Shown here: positions 50,095 to 59,326 of the stretch, piece after piece
Position numbering within the stretch: the first letter of the stretch is position 1
Layout of the letters: each line of letters begins with the position of its first letter
IMG/VR virus record: IMGVR_UViG_3300042914_001978
From: an uncultured virus (IMG/VR IMGVR_UViG_3300042914_001978)
Lineage: Duplodnaviria; Heunggongvirae; Uroviricota; Caudoviricetes
Length of the DNA: 64,000 bases
Direction: 5' to 3' (one strand)
Made by a program: the position numbers and the translations under genes
The notes under the pieces: generated by a model
What the model saw: the letters and a program-made list of their open reading frames with translations, nothing else
Told to the model about the DNA's origin: nothing
The model's database searches: none

Positions 50095-50561
50095 AGTTTT
50101 TCCTCTACTTCTTTGCTGGCATACCAGCGCCATCCCTTCCAAGATCCCGCAACTTTTTGTTTCGGGGTTCCATTTGAAAGGTGTGGGCGAAGCCCCGAAA
50201 GACATTTATAAGCATTACATAAATCTGATGTCCCAAAACGTTTCCACTGTAAATCTTTAATATCAAAAAGATTGCCATGAGTGCGTAAAAATTCCGCCAA
50301 GTTTTTAAATTCATAAACAACATTCTTAGGAGAACGAAACCTCCAAATAGAAGAACGAAAATGCTGTTCTCCCTTTTGAAATTTAGGAAGGGCAAGTCTG
50401 GCTATGGTTGCTTTTTCGCGATATTTAAAAGATACAATCCGCGCTGCATTTTTAATTTTTTGCGAATTACGTATGCCAGAAAGTTTTTTTTGTTTATATA
50501 GATCTGGATTTTTTTCGCGCCACCGCAAGATGTTTTCAATTGGTGAGGGTCTGGTGATCAT
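50091..50561 (-). CDS. basic protein with NUMOD-like DNA-binding C-terminus
   Basis: WRFRSP..YEFKNLAEF..SWKGWR; AT-rich. Confidence 0.55.
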   Translation of the reverse strand: MITRPSPIENILRWREKNPDLYKQKKLSGIRNSQKIKNAARIVSFKYREKATIARLALPKFQKGEQHFRSSIWRFRSPKNVVYEFKNLAEFLRTHGNLFDIKDLQWKRFGTSDLCNAYKCLSGLRPHLSNGTPKQKVAGSWKGWRWYASKEVEEKL

Positions 50562-50594
50562 GTGTAGTTTGACAGGTGTGTGTTTGATTCGTTC

Positions 50595-50670
50595 AAAAAG
50601 AGGCGGGGCATGGAGCGACCCCATATTAAGCGCAACTACGTCCTTGCGAACAGTAGCGCACCCCGCCAAA
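50595..50670 (-). ncRNA. three-stem RNA candidate/terminator (c4-like)
   Basis: GGCGGGGT/GCCCCGCC closing stem, GCAA-capped arm, ATGGGG-TCG-CTCCAT arm, T tract. Confidence 0.5.
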
Positions 50671-50673
50671 GGA

Positions 50674-50835
50674 TTATTTACCCTTCTTCTTTTTGCTCAT
50701 GCCAGCTTCGCTCGTGGCAATTGCCTTCGCTTGGGAGGGCTTGGTCACCTTCTGGCCCGAACTGCTCTTGAGTTTCCCCTTGGAAAATTCGCGCATTACG
50801 GTTGCCACTTTCTTTTCTCCTTTGGATTTTTTCAT
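50674..50835 (-). CDS. DUF6496-like small basic protein, not in ORF track
   Basis: KVATVMREFSKGKLKSSSGQKVT..QAKAIATSEAG. Confidence 0.75.
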   Translation of the reverse strand: MKKSKGEKKVATVMREFSKGKLKSSSGQKVTKPSQAKAIATSEAGMSKKKKGK

Positions 50836-50838
50836 ATA

Positions 50839-51114
50839 CTATGCTGCTATTAGTTGGTTGTTGTTTGACTTCGGCGTTTGGACGCCCAAGAGTTTGCAGA
50901 GGTATCGGATGTGGAAGCACTCTTTGCGGAATTGATAGCCTGAACAAGTGCAGGAACACCCTGTGATATCCCCGATTTCATCGGTAGTGAATTCCACCAT
51001 GTAGTAGTCTTCGCGATTCGTCCGACTTTGAACGAGGAATGATCCCTTATCATGCGACAGAATTTCGATGCCATGGTTTTGGCTGGAATCTCCGCGCTCT
51101 CGCTCATCAGTCAT
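50839..51114 (-). CDS. SWIM zinc-finger protein
   Basis: CTCSGYQFRKECFHI. Confidence 0.8.
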   Translation of the reverse strand: MTDERERGDSSQNHGIEILSHDKGSFLVQSRTNREDYYMVEFTTDEIGDITGCSCTCSGYQFRKECFHIRYLCKLLGVQTPKSNNNQLIAA

Positions 51115-51763
51115 TCGCTTGTGGACTATTCAAAGATTCGGCCTTGCTTGCCCCGAAGCCCAATTGTTCTGGGGTGTATGCTGTAATGGGCATTGCTGAA
51201 ATGTGGCCTTGGCGATCCGCTTGAATGAAGAGGGTAGTTGCGATTCCCTGACGATGCTGCTCTGGAAGGTTTAGCTCTACCGCAATGTCGTTGGCCTTCT
51301 TGACGCACAGACGCATCAGGTTTGCCGCCTGACAGAGGAATTGCTTGGCGTCTTTGTCTGGGTGGGGCGGAGCCGTAACAACCTTTTCTGCGGGCTTCTG
51401 GGGCGATTGAGAGGTGTTAATGGTGTTCCATGTAACGGGCTTCGATTGAGTGGGGGCCGCAGGCAGACTGGAAGCGGGAACCCCAGCAGGCTGGATCTCC
51501 ATGGAATCGGTCTTCTGCTTGGAGTTACCAGAGGCAATGAGTACTACGGACTTGCCAACATATTGCTGGAACTTCGACGCAATGTCCTTATTCTCAGTGA
51601 AATACACATGGGCTGCGCCATCAACAATTAATTCGATAACGCACAATGAGTTGTTCTTCACCCATTTAGGGGGCGATTTGACGGCTACGAGTTTCGGCCC
51701 GTTTTTAGCCAAGGTAAAATGTGAGAGGACTGGTGCTTTGGGTTGGTTTGATTGATATGCCAT
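51107..51763 (-). CDS. hypothetical protein, possibly recombination/ssDNA-related
   Basis: 218 aa; beta-rich N-terminus, Pro linker, ATTLFI motif; upstream TTGACA..TATAAC. Confidence 0.5.
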   Translation of the reverse strand: MAYQSNQPKAPVLSHFTLAKNGPKLVAVKSPPKWVKNNSLCVIELIVDGAAHVYFTENKDIASKFQQYVGKSVVLIASGNSKQKTDSMEIQPAGVPASSLPAAPTQSKPVTWNTINTSQSPQKPAEKVVTAPPHPDKDAKQFLCQAANLMRLCVKKANDIAVELNLPEQHRQGIATTLFIQADRQGHISAMPITAYTPEQLGFGASKAESLNSPQAND

Positions 51764-51810
51764 ATAGGTAGGTGTTCGTTATATCCGACAACCCAACTTG
51801 TCAAGCGTTC

Positions 51811-51846
51811 AAAAAAAGCGGGGCCGAGTTTTTAGCCCGACCCCGC
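51811..51846 (-). terminator. intrinsic terminator
   Basis: GCGGGGTCGGG..CTCGGCCCCGC followed by TTTTTT. Confidence 0.7.
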
Positions 51847-51905
51847 CCCACACACATGAAAACAGGAAGACGAATGCCTTCCAAGTGAGCAACTTATCAT
51901 TACTG

Positions 51906-52634
51906 CTAACCAATGCAAGGCATTTTTGCGCCCTTTTTCAAATTTTCTTGAGGATAAAGCGGCTGAAGATTTGTCCAGTGGCAAGCCGCCTTTAATTGTT
52001 TTGAATCGGTGAGATCAAAAGAAGCAAGAGGTCGGATATGATCAATATGGAAGCTGTTTGGTTTGTCCCAAGACATGCCATCGCGAAACTGTTTTTCAAT
52101 GTGCTTCTTTAAAAAAGCATAAGAGCATCCAATAAGTTCTCGCGTTTTATGAGATTTTTTGATGTTTGATAGTCTTAAGGCAGACGTTATTCTACTTCTT
52201 ACTCTTAAAGATAGACAAAATTGAGGATCTTTTACTCTTCTTTCTTGAAAATATTTATTAGTTCTTTTTTTAACTTCTGGGCGTCTTCGATATTCATACA
52301 TTTTGACTTTTTTTCTTTCTTTGGCGTGTGGTCTTTTTGCCCATTCTAATTTTGAAATTTTTACTTTTTCTTTGTGTTTTTGGCGATACCACTCCATGTA
52401 TTTCCTAACCCGTTCTTTGTTTTCAGGAAGGTTTCTTTTTCTGGTTAATTCTTCTTTTCTTTGTTGATACCTTTGAGCCTCCCTTTTAAGTTTTTGATGC
52501 TGTCTTTTTTGAAACTTCTCTACTTCAAGCCAAATTTCACCGAGTTCAGCTTTATTCTTGTATTTTAAGTATTCCCAGAATATCTTTCCGTCTTCGCGAG
52601 TATCACCTTTTTTGTGTTTTTTATCAGTTTCCAT
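51906..52634 (-). CDS. HNH homing-endonuclease-like protein
   Basis: ELIGCS, GMSW, HIDHIRPLASFDL, HWTNLQPL..ENLKK. Confidence 0.85.
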   Translation of the reverse strand: METDKKHKKGDTREDGKIFWEYLKYKNKAELGEIWLEVEKFQKRQHQKLKREAQRYQQRKEELTRKRNLPENKERVRKYMEWYRQKHKEKVKISKLEWAKRPHAKERKKVKMYEYRRRPEVKKRTNKYFQERRVKDPQFCLSLRVRSRITSALRLSNIKKSHKTRELIGCSYAFLKKHIEKQFRDGMSWDKPNSFHIDHIRPLASFDLTDSKQLKAACHWTNLQPLYPQENLKKGAKMPCIG

Positions 52635-52718
52635 GATTCATTATCATAATAGCTGGTTTTACACCGAACTCAATAAAGAATCTTGATAAACTGTTGATTA
52701 TAGAATAGATTATATTTA

Positions 52719-55151
52719 ATGGAACAACCGCCCCTAAACCGCTCCTACGTTATTTCTTATGCGGCGAACGATAGAGACTTTCCAACGATTGGACTGAGAG
52801 CAGATCCCCGTGTTGCGGGGTATCGGGTGCCAGAGGATTTAAGTCCCCATCCTGATAGCAAGCGTTATCCTAACCATGTCTTTACAGGTTCCCAGCCTTC
52901 CAATGGGGACGAGCGGGTTACCCACATTTACGAGATCCTACCTTCTCCTTGGGTGCCGTTTACCCGCTACGATGACGATCTGGGCCCGATTCAGGGAAGG
53001 CGCAGGGCAGTCAAAAACGAGAACCAACAAGCCAGTCTAGCCACCGATAAAAAGGTTTCCTATGAGGGTCGCGAGGGTTCGGCAATTGTTTCAAATGAGA
53101 TTGAAGAAACTTGGTCAATCAAGACTGATGAAGATGGCAACTCTCTTTTTCCTATTCGGGATCGGGATTTTTATGATGCATCCCGTGGCCCCGTTCAAGA
53201 ACGCCGTCAACTCTTCGTGCCTACGGGAGAAGAAGAGGGAAGCCTAGAAAATATCAACGGAGTTATTACCCAGACCTCCTACGAACCTTACAACGAATTT
53301 CTTTCGGTCAAGATTGTCCAGACCTACAAGGTGGATGGTCCGCAACTGATCGGCAAAGCAACCAATGAAGAAGGACAATTGGTTACAATAACAACCCAAA
53401 GAAAGGCAGCATTGGGATATGTTCCGCCAAATCCGACCTCAACCAAGATCGTTGAAGTTTCTCGCGAGGATGCCGAATCCTTAGTTGAACGCATTGTTGA
53501 CACACCCGAAGTTTTCGGAGCCAGAATTTACCGCAAAACAAAAGAAGACCTTACCCCGCAAAAATTTAGAGCTTCCCAAGAAGATCTCACATTTGAGCAG
53601 ACAATTGCTGGAACAGCTAACCCAAATATCATTTTACTTTCTGGAGAGTTTGCCAAAAGCGAACAGCAGGTTACAAAATTTGTTAAGAGGGTTTCCACAA
53701 CTTCAAGAGCGATTACCGAAGCAGTAACATTGGTTGAGAGCGTTTTAACTCCAGACGGCCAAGTTGGAACAAGAACGCTAACCCTTGATAGTGATCCACA
53801 GGAATTTGTGCCGTCCGCACTTTTAATTGATGCCAGTATTGAAAACTTAGGTGATGGAAGAACTGTAAAAACAGAAACGGTTGTTCCACAAGTTTTTTCA
53901 GCAAAAACAATTCAAAAAACCAAGTTGGATAATGTTCCAGAAAAATTTAAAGTATTAAAACCAGAAATAATTACAGAAGAAACAGTAGAGGGAACCATTA
54001 CTGAACCATCTCTTGGCAATGAAGACCTATCAAAATCAGAACAACAAGTAAATAAATTTTTAAAACGAGTCAGAACAATAAAAAGAGACAACTCAACCAC
54101 GGGAACAATAGAGGGTAAAATTTTTACAACAGAGCTTGGAGGAGGGTACGCCAGAGTAATAGAAACCTACCCATTTGGTGGTGGAGAAACTTCATCTCCA
54201 GCTTTTGGAACAATTGATGAACAAATAGAAAATTTGGGGGATGGAAAAAAATATAGCAGAAAAACAATACTGGATACGCCGCTTCCAAGGCTAAGTGGAC
54301 AAGATTACGATCAAGAGCTTGATATTGTTATTCCATATAAACAGTTTTTTGCAGAAGCTAATACCAACTCTGCAACAGGAGAAAGAAAAAGAGTTACTCC
54401 GAGAGACTTAAAGCATAGCCAAGTTGTTGAATATGATGTCGCAGAAGCCCAAGAAGCCCTAGATAACTACTACTGGGAAATTCCAGACATGGTAAGCATC
54501 TCACTTCCAAATAAACTTATTTCTGTTGTAGCTGTTATTCAGCGTTCAACAGGAGAGTCAGAAGGCACGGGATTTGGAGACACTTATTTTTATACCACAT
54601 CAAATTCAAATTCATCACGAGGAAAGGTTATCTACAACATAGAAGAGGGCTTTAATGGAAATATACCTGCAATTAGAGCGGTTTTTTTCCTGCCTAAAGA
54701 ATCATCAAGTCCAGAAAATGTTTTAGCAGTAGTTCAAGCTAAAAGTGCAGTAGATGGGTTTTTCCCCAACGCAAGACCCCAATCACATGAGCTTGTGGTT
54801 TTTGGAAGCTCTGAAGATGTTTCCGAATCAAAAAGCGTGTCATTTACTTCTGGATCAGATAGTTCGTCGAAATCTGCTTCTTTTTCTATAGACTCAACAA
54901 CAATACCTTCGACCATTCACGAAAGATTGACAGTTGGTTCAAATATAGATGATCTAAATCCAGATAATAACAACTCTCCACAAGGTTCAAGCATTAGTGC
55001 CGCAGTTCGTCCAAACATCCTTGAAGCAACTAATCCATTCCCTGTTTTTCCAACTGGAAAATTTTTGTATCAAATAAATTCAACACCTTATAGATTTAGC
55101 TATGTTAGGGTTGAGGCTATTATTGTAAAAATAACAGAAGAATATGTTTAA
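52719..55151 (+). CDS. large beta-rich repeat protein, probably virion-associated
   Basis: 810 aa; internal duplications (KSEQQVxKFxKRV; ENLGDG). Confidence 0.6.
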   Translation: MEQPPLNRSYVISYAANDRDFPTIGLRADPRVAGYRVPEDLSPHPDSKRYPNHVFTGSQPSNGDERVTHIYEILPSPWVPFTRYDDDLGPIQGRRRAVKNENQQASLATDKKVSYEGREGSAIVSNEIEETWSIKTDEDGNSLFPIRDRDFYDASRGPVQERRQLFVPTGEEEGSLENINGVITQTSYEPYNEFLSVKIVQTYKVDGPQLIGKATNEEGQLVTITTQRKAALGYVPPNPTSTKIVEVSREDAESLVERIVDTPEVFGARIYRKTKEDLTPQKFRASQEDLTFEQTIAGTANPNIILLSGEFAKSEQQVTKFVKRVSTTSRAITEAVTLVESVLTPDGQVGTRTLTLDSDPQEFVPSALLIDASIENLGDGRTVKTETVVPQVFSAKTIQKTKLDNVPEKFKVLKPEIITEETVEGTITEPSLGNEDLSKSEQQVNKFLKRVRTIKRDNSTTGTIEGKIFTTELGGGYARVIETYPFGGGETSSPAFGTIDEQIENLGDGKKYSRKTILDTPLPRLSGQDYDQELDIVIPYKQFFAEANTNSATGERKRVTPRDLKHSQVVEYDVAEAQEALDNYYWEIPDMVSISLPNKLISVVAVIQRSTGESEGTGFGDTYFYTTSNSNSSRGKVIYNIEEGFNGNIPAIRAVFFLPKESSSPENVLAVVQAKSAVDGFFPNARPQSHELVVFGSSEDVSESKSVSFTSGSDSSSKSASFSIDSTTIPSTIHERLTVGSNIDDLNPDNNNSPQGSSISAAVRPNILEATNPFPVFPTGKFLYQINSTPYRFSYVRVEAIIVKITEEYV

Positions 55152-55626
55152 ACAACCCATATCTCCATTTACGCCGTATGTAATTCCAAGAACACCGAAC
55201 ATTGGCGCTGATTCAAAAACAAATAATTTTTTATCTGCTAAATCTGGAGCCAGTAGCGAAGAAAATCCTTCAAGATTTCTTGAATGGAAAGAACAGCCCA
55301 ATATACCCACTGGTGAAGATAACGATATGCTTAAATGGTCTGGAGAAGAATGGGTTGCTTTCTCGCCCTCTGGATCAGAGGAAGAGCCACATTATCTTAA
55401 TTACGATGGTGAAGAGTTAAGTTGGTCGCCAGTTAAATCATCCTTTGAAAAGGGAAAAAATAAAGGAGACATTCTTTATTGGGATCCAGAAGCTGGAGAA
55501 GATGAAGAGGGCGATTGGGTGGTTTTGCAGGCTCCAGCAAACTCAAGCATCGCTATACAAGAATTTTTAATATGTGAAGACGGTGAGGCCGCAACAAAGC
55601 ATATGTTGGTTTGGGAGACAACATAA
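55144..55626 (+). CDS. hypothetical protein with fibre-like W repeats
   Basis: DMLKWSGEEW / LNYDGEELSW / GDILYWD. Confidence 0.55.
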   Translation: MFKQPISPFTPYVIPRTPNIGADSKTNNFLSAKSGASSEENPSRFLEWKEQPNIPTGEDNDMLKWSGEEWVAFSPSGSEEEPHYLNYDGEELSWSPVKSSFEKGKNKGDILYWDPEAGEDEEGDWVVLQAPANSSIAIQEFLICEDGEAATKHMLVWETT

Positions 55627-55655
55627 AACTAATAGCGCCAAAGTAATAATTAATT

Positions 55656-56300
55656 ATGGAGGAGGCATTTAGATTTTTTGGTTTATTTCCATTTTGTCCA
55701 AAGAAAGAAGGATTGGACGAAATTAGCGGTGTTGACATGTCATTAGATGATGCCATGTTTTTATATTGGAAAGCGAAAAGCGTACAAGTTAATGTAAACT
55801 TTTCTTATCTTGGATATCCAAGCCCGCCATCAGTAGAAAATTTAACTACAATTTTTGATAACATTAATGAAGAAAAAGAAATATCACCATCATCTATCCA
55901 AGAAAGGGTATGTTATAACTCAATAAAAATTTCAAGTTTTGATGGAGATGAGTTTCCCTTTCCTGTTGAAGACTTTGAATACCTTATAACTTTTTTCGCA
56001 GATGCTCGCCCATTTGATCCTAATGAGTATCCACAAGCTACGACAAATTATCCAATTACTGAATCCAGCACCATAAGGGTCCATATGCAAATTGATATGA
56101 GAAATGGTGGATATTACACAAAAATGATTTCTGGTAATCCTCCATTTGCTGGACAGTTTAATTTTTCTTTTCCAACATATTTGAATGTTAATGGAAATCA
56201 ATACACCATAAATACAACTCAAACAGTATCTGGACTTCCATTTGCAGAATCTCCAGATAATCCAAATCTTCAATACAGTGCAACCATATCAGTCACATGA
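55656..56300 (+). CDS. hypothetical protein
   Basis: 214 aa, AT-rich, ATGA-coupled to the next gene. Confidence 0.6.
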   Translation: MEEAFRFFGLFPFCPKKEGLDEISGVDMSLDDAMFLYWKAKSVQVNVNFSYLGYPSPPSVENLTTIFDNINEEKEISPSSIQERVCYNSIKISSFDGDEFPFPVEDFEYLITFFADARPFDPNEYPQATTNYPITESSTIRVHMQIDMRNGGYYTKMISGNPPFAGQFNFSFPTYLNVNGNQYTINTTQTVSGLPFAESPDNPNLQYSATISVT

Positions 56301-57046
56301 AATTTTGGTTTGCTTATTCGCATAGGCCAGAAATTTATGGTGAAGAAATGTTGTTTCTTTTTCTTGCAAACAACATGAACCTTCAAAGCGGAAATTCAAT
56401 AGGATTGATTGCAAGCAAGGAGGACAAAAAATTTCTTGAGTCTTTTGGTTGTCGATACAAAGAATTTATTGAGGCAGATTTAACTGGAAAAAATGGAGCC
56501 TTAATTAAAATTGAAGCTATCCAAAAATTTTTGCCAGATGGAGATGCCCTTATTGATGGAGATGTTTTTTTAAGCAAAAAATTAAATCTCAACCCATCTT
56601 ATGCTTGGGTTCTTAATTATGAACCATTATATTTTTTCAAAAAGTATAATGACGACTATCTCAAACAATGCGTTCCAACAGGAAATAGAACAATTAATGC
56701 AGGATTATTATACGCTCCCAAAGATCACTTTAGGGAATATGCAAGACAAGCCGAACATCTTGCAAAACAAGAAAAGTGCATTGGGCATACATATGAACAA
56801 ATGTTTTTTTTAAAATATTGCCAAGACAAAAATATTGAAATTTTTGCAATTTACCCAAAAGAAGTCCACCTTAAATCAGAAGTTGAAATTATGTGGCAAG
56901 AAAGCGGTGTGCGACATCCGTTTTGTTATAAATGTTCATTGATAGAAACTCAACGCTGTATTCAAATTGCCATGAAATTTGGAAATAAAGAAGATATAAA
57001 AAAATTTATTATTCAAAAACGGCCATATTATAAAACAATGATTTAA
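56297..57046 (+). CDS. putative GT-A glycosyltransferase
   Basis: KIEAI, LIDGDVFL (DxD), INAGLL, EQ. Confidence 0.6.
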   Translation: MKFWFAYSHRPEIYGEEMLFLFLANNMNLQSGNSIGLIASKEDKKFLESFGCRYKEFIEADLTGKNGALIKIEAIQKFLPDGDALIDGDVFLSKKLNLNPSYAWVLNYEPLYFFKKYNDDYLKQCVPTGNRTINAGLLYAPKDHFREYARQAEHLAKQEKCIGHTYEQMFFLKYCQDKNIEIFAIYPKEVHLKSEVEIMWQESGVRHPFCYKCSLIETQRCIQIAMKFGNKEDIKKFIIQKRPYYKTMI

Positions 57047-57333
57047 ATTTTTGGCCTGACAAATACCATCTCGCGGGTTTTACCAGTTTGAATAACCTTT
57101 TTCTTTATCGACTCCATCTTGTCGCTATTAGCCAACTCCAACACCCTCTGCCTTGATAGGCTGGTCATTCGGGCGACATCCCGAACCGTCTTCCATCCTT
57201 CGGCCTCCATGGCTTCAATTGTGGTCTTGGTGTTGTCTTCCCTGAAAGACTCCCAGACGCTATCCCATGACGGGACTACAATTTTATCATCGGAGCCTTT
57301 TGCTCTTCCAGTTTTGCTATGATGGGTTGCCAT
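57043..57333 (-). CDS. small HTH protein
   Basis: WKTVRDVARMTSLSRQRVLEL. Confidence 0.6.
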   Translation of the reverse strand: MATHHSKTGRAKGSDDKIVVPSWDSVWESFREDNTKTTIEAMEAEGWKTVRDVARMTSLSRQRVLELANSDKMESIKKKVIQTGKTREMVFVRPKI

Positions 57334-58064
57334 GTGTATGTTCCTTTGTTAACGGTGAAAGTGACGAAACCGAAGTCCACAATACCCGTGCAGCGTCTGG
57401 CTCCGTAGCGACTACCGAATCCTTGTAGGGCTGGGGTGGTCATAGCCAGCCAGTCTGGGCCTCCAGCAAAGTTATGGTAGTGGACATGGGATCTGATAAA
57501 TACATCTCCCTTGGGCTGCAACTCTTTTTCGGCCCATATAAGGTTCCAGAGGCGGTCTCTGGCCACTCCGCTATGGCGACCGTGGGGAATGCCGCTGGAG
57601 CCTGCTGGGTGGTGTTTAAGGTCAAACACAACCCCTTCTACATCCACCCACTCATGTTCTCCAATTGCGGCGTCTACACGCTCTGCGATGATGTTTTCCC
57701 AATCCTCCGAATCTCCCGTATGGTAAGGGGTTCCACGGGTAATCACAATGGAACAGTTTTTAGATTTCGGGATTTCGCGGATAATCTTAACCGCCATATC
57801 GCACTGCTCTTCCATGTCGGTAGTGATCTGTTCTGTTCCGCCCGACTTCTTACCAGTCCCATCTACGAGATCCCCGTTGATAAAGATGATATCGTATGGG
57901 CCGTTTTTGCGGATGTTCTGGCTATACCAATTGTAGTAGGCTTTGTTGGCATTGACCCAACGTGCCCGCTCGTCTGCTGGCTCTTCAGGTAGATAACCCT
58001 TTGGGGTTAGTCCGACCTTGTGGCCGCAATGGAAGTCCGAAAGGACTGCTATTTTTTTACTCAT
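57276..58064 (-). CDS. calcineurin-like metallophosphoesterase
   Basis: SDFHCG, NGDLVDG, GTPYH, KHH, SHVH. Confidence 0.85.
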   Translation of the reverse strand: MSKKIAVLSDFHCGHKVGLTPKGYLPEEPADERARWVNANKAYYNWYSQNIRKNGPYDIIFINGDLVDGTGKKSGGTEQITTDMEEQCDMAVKIIREIPKSKNCSIVITRGTPYHTGDSEDWENIIAERVDAAIGEHEWVDVEGVVFDLKHHPAGSSGIPHGRHSGVARDRLWNLIWAEKELQPKGDVFIRSHVHYHNFAGGPDWLAMTTPALQGFGSRYGARRCTGIVDFGFVTFTVNKGTYTWQPIIAKLEEQKAPMIKL

Positions 58065-58663
58065 AGAGAGGTTGCTTGGTTACAGAGATCCAGACACCGT
58101 GCGTAGCCGCAAATATCTGCGACTGAGTCCCGATGACGGGGTGAGTTGGTAAGTCTGGAGAGTTTGACGGCGATCATGCACATGGCGATTTGTTGCGGGG
58201 TTACATTGACTCCAAGGATGGCTCCCCACATCTTGGCTTGTTTGGTAAAGTCATCAATCGGGCTTCCGTAGTCGCTTTGGCGATCATAGGAAGTAAGACG
58301 TTTGGCGATGTCGCACACATCTTCTTTCTCCAATTTAACCATGGAAGGGTAAAGACGCAAGGGTTTTTCCAGCCATTGGGCTACGGCGACTTCCGCTCTG
58401 GCTCCTTTGGATTTCTCCCACTTCGGAAGAAGAACCAACTCATCGCACTCAAAGACCGCATCAATGTCTCTTCGGGCGGCTTCCTCAATAAACTTCCCGT
58501 CCATTTGAGAATTGTGTGGATCTAGTCCAAGATTCTGATCCATTCTTGCTGGGTTAATTACTTGATGTCCCGCCTTGAGCAAGGCTTCTTCAGCTTCAAA
58601 AAAGGCAGGGTGGTTTAATTTTGGGTAGCCCCTCATAGGGCCACAGATATATACTGTAGTCAT
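58061..58663 (-). CDS. DUF4406 (NDT-like) plus DUF6378-like fusion
   Basis: VYICGPMRG..INPA..WEKSKGARAE, then RQSDYGSP..KLSR..HRDSVADICGY. Confidence 0.8.
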   Translation of the reverse strand: MTTVYICGPMRGYPKLNHPAFFEAEEALLKAGHQVINPARMDQNLGLDPHNSQMDGKFIEEAARRDIDAVFECDELVLLPKWEKSKGARAEVAVAQWLEKPLRLYPSMVKLEKEDVCDIAKRLTSYDRQSDYGSPIDDFTKQAKMWGAILGVNVTPQQIAMCMIAVKLSRLTNSPRHRDSVADICGYARCLDLCNQATSL

Positions 58664-58676
58664 GGTTGTGTGGTTG

Positions 58677-58898
58677 TTAGTGGATGGTGATGCCGTAGTC
58701 GGCAATCAAGCTGTAAAGAACTTGTCTAACTTTTTCAATAGTTGCCCCATCCCAATCGGGATGAGAATTATACTTAAGATGAGAGCGAAGCTCGTCATCA
58801 AAATGCCCAAGAACACAGCGAAAATCGCTTGCTTTGCAAGCATCTTCAAACTCCTGTTGTTCTTCTGGAAGGGTGAAGGATAGGGTTCCATTGGCCAT
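58677..58898 (-). CDS. hypothetical protein
   Basis: LSFTLPEEQQEF..LRSHLKY. Confidence 0.6.
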   Translation of the reverse strand: MANGTLSFTLPEEQQEFEDACKASDFRCVLGHFDDELRSHLKYNSHPDWDGATIEKVRQVLYSLIADYGITIH

Positions 58899-58908
58899 TG
58901 TGTGTAGT

Positions 58909-59169
58909 TTATGTGTCTTTGATTACTTTTTCTAAATCCCCGTCATCCAAGTCGTCGTCGTCCTCATCCTCTTCTTGTCCATAGAGAATGTCATGGATAT
59001 TGGATACAATGCCTTCGATGGCATAATCATTTCCAAACTTGAGGAAGGCATTTTTGGTTTCGGTGCCGTCCTGAAAGGTGGCAACGACAAAGCCCGAATC
59101 AAAGTATTCAACCAAATCGCGACATAGTTTGTCCAATACCTTCTGGAGTCTCTGGTCATGAGATGCCAT
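58909..59169 (-). CDS. hypothetical protein with acidic tail
   Basis: LVEYFDS..FGNDYA. Confidence 0.6.
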   Translation of the reverse strand: MASHDQRLQKVLDKLCRDLVEYFDSGFVVATFQDGTETKNAFLKFGNDYAIEGIVSNIHDILYGQEEDEDDDDLDDGDLEKVIKDT

Positions 59170-59173
59170 TGGT

Positions 59174-59326
59174 CTAGTCTTGGGTTTCTCCGCAATGCTT
59201 GCATCGGATAATATTGACGCCTCCCATTGATAAACGTTCAATCTTTTCCGACCCACAGTAGAAACAGGTTTTGCTTTCGGGCTTGCGGTAGATCTTTTTC
59301 TTTCGGGGCTTGGGCTGGTCTTTCAT
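59174..59326 (-). CDS. small zinc-ribbon protein, not in ORF track
   Basis: CFYC..CKHC; ATGA-coupled to the endolysin stop. Confidence 0.6.
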   Translation of the reverse strand: MKDQPKPRKKKIYRKPESKTCFYCGSEKIERLSMGGVNIIRCKHCGETQD

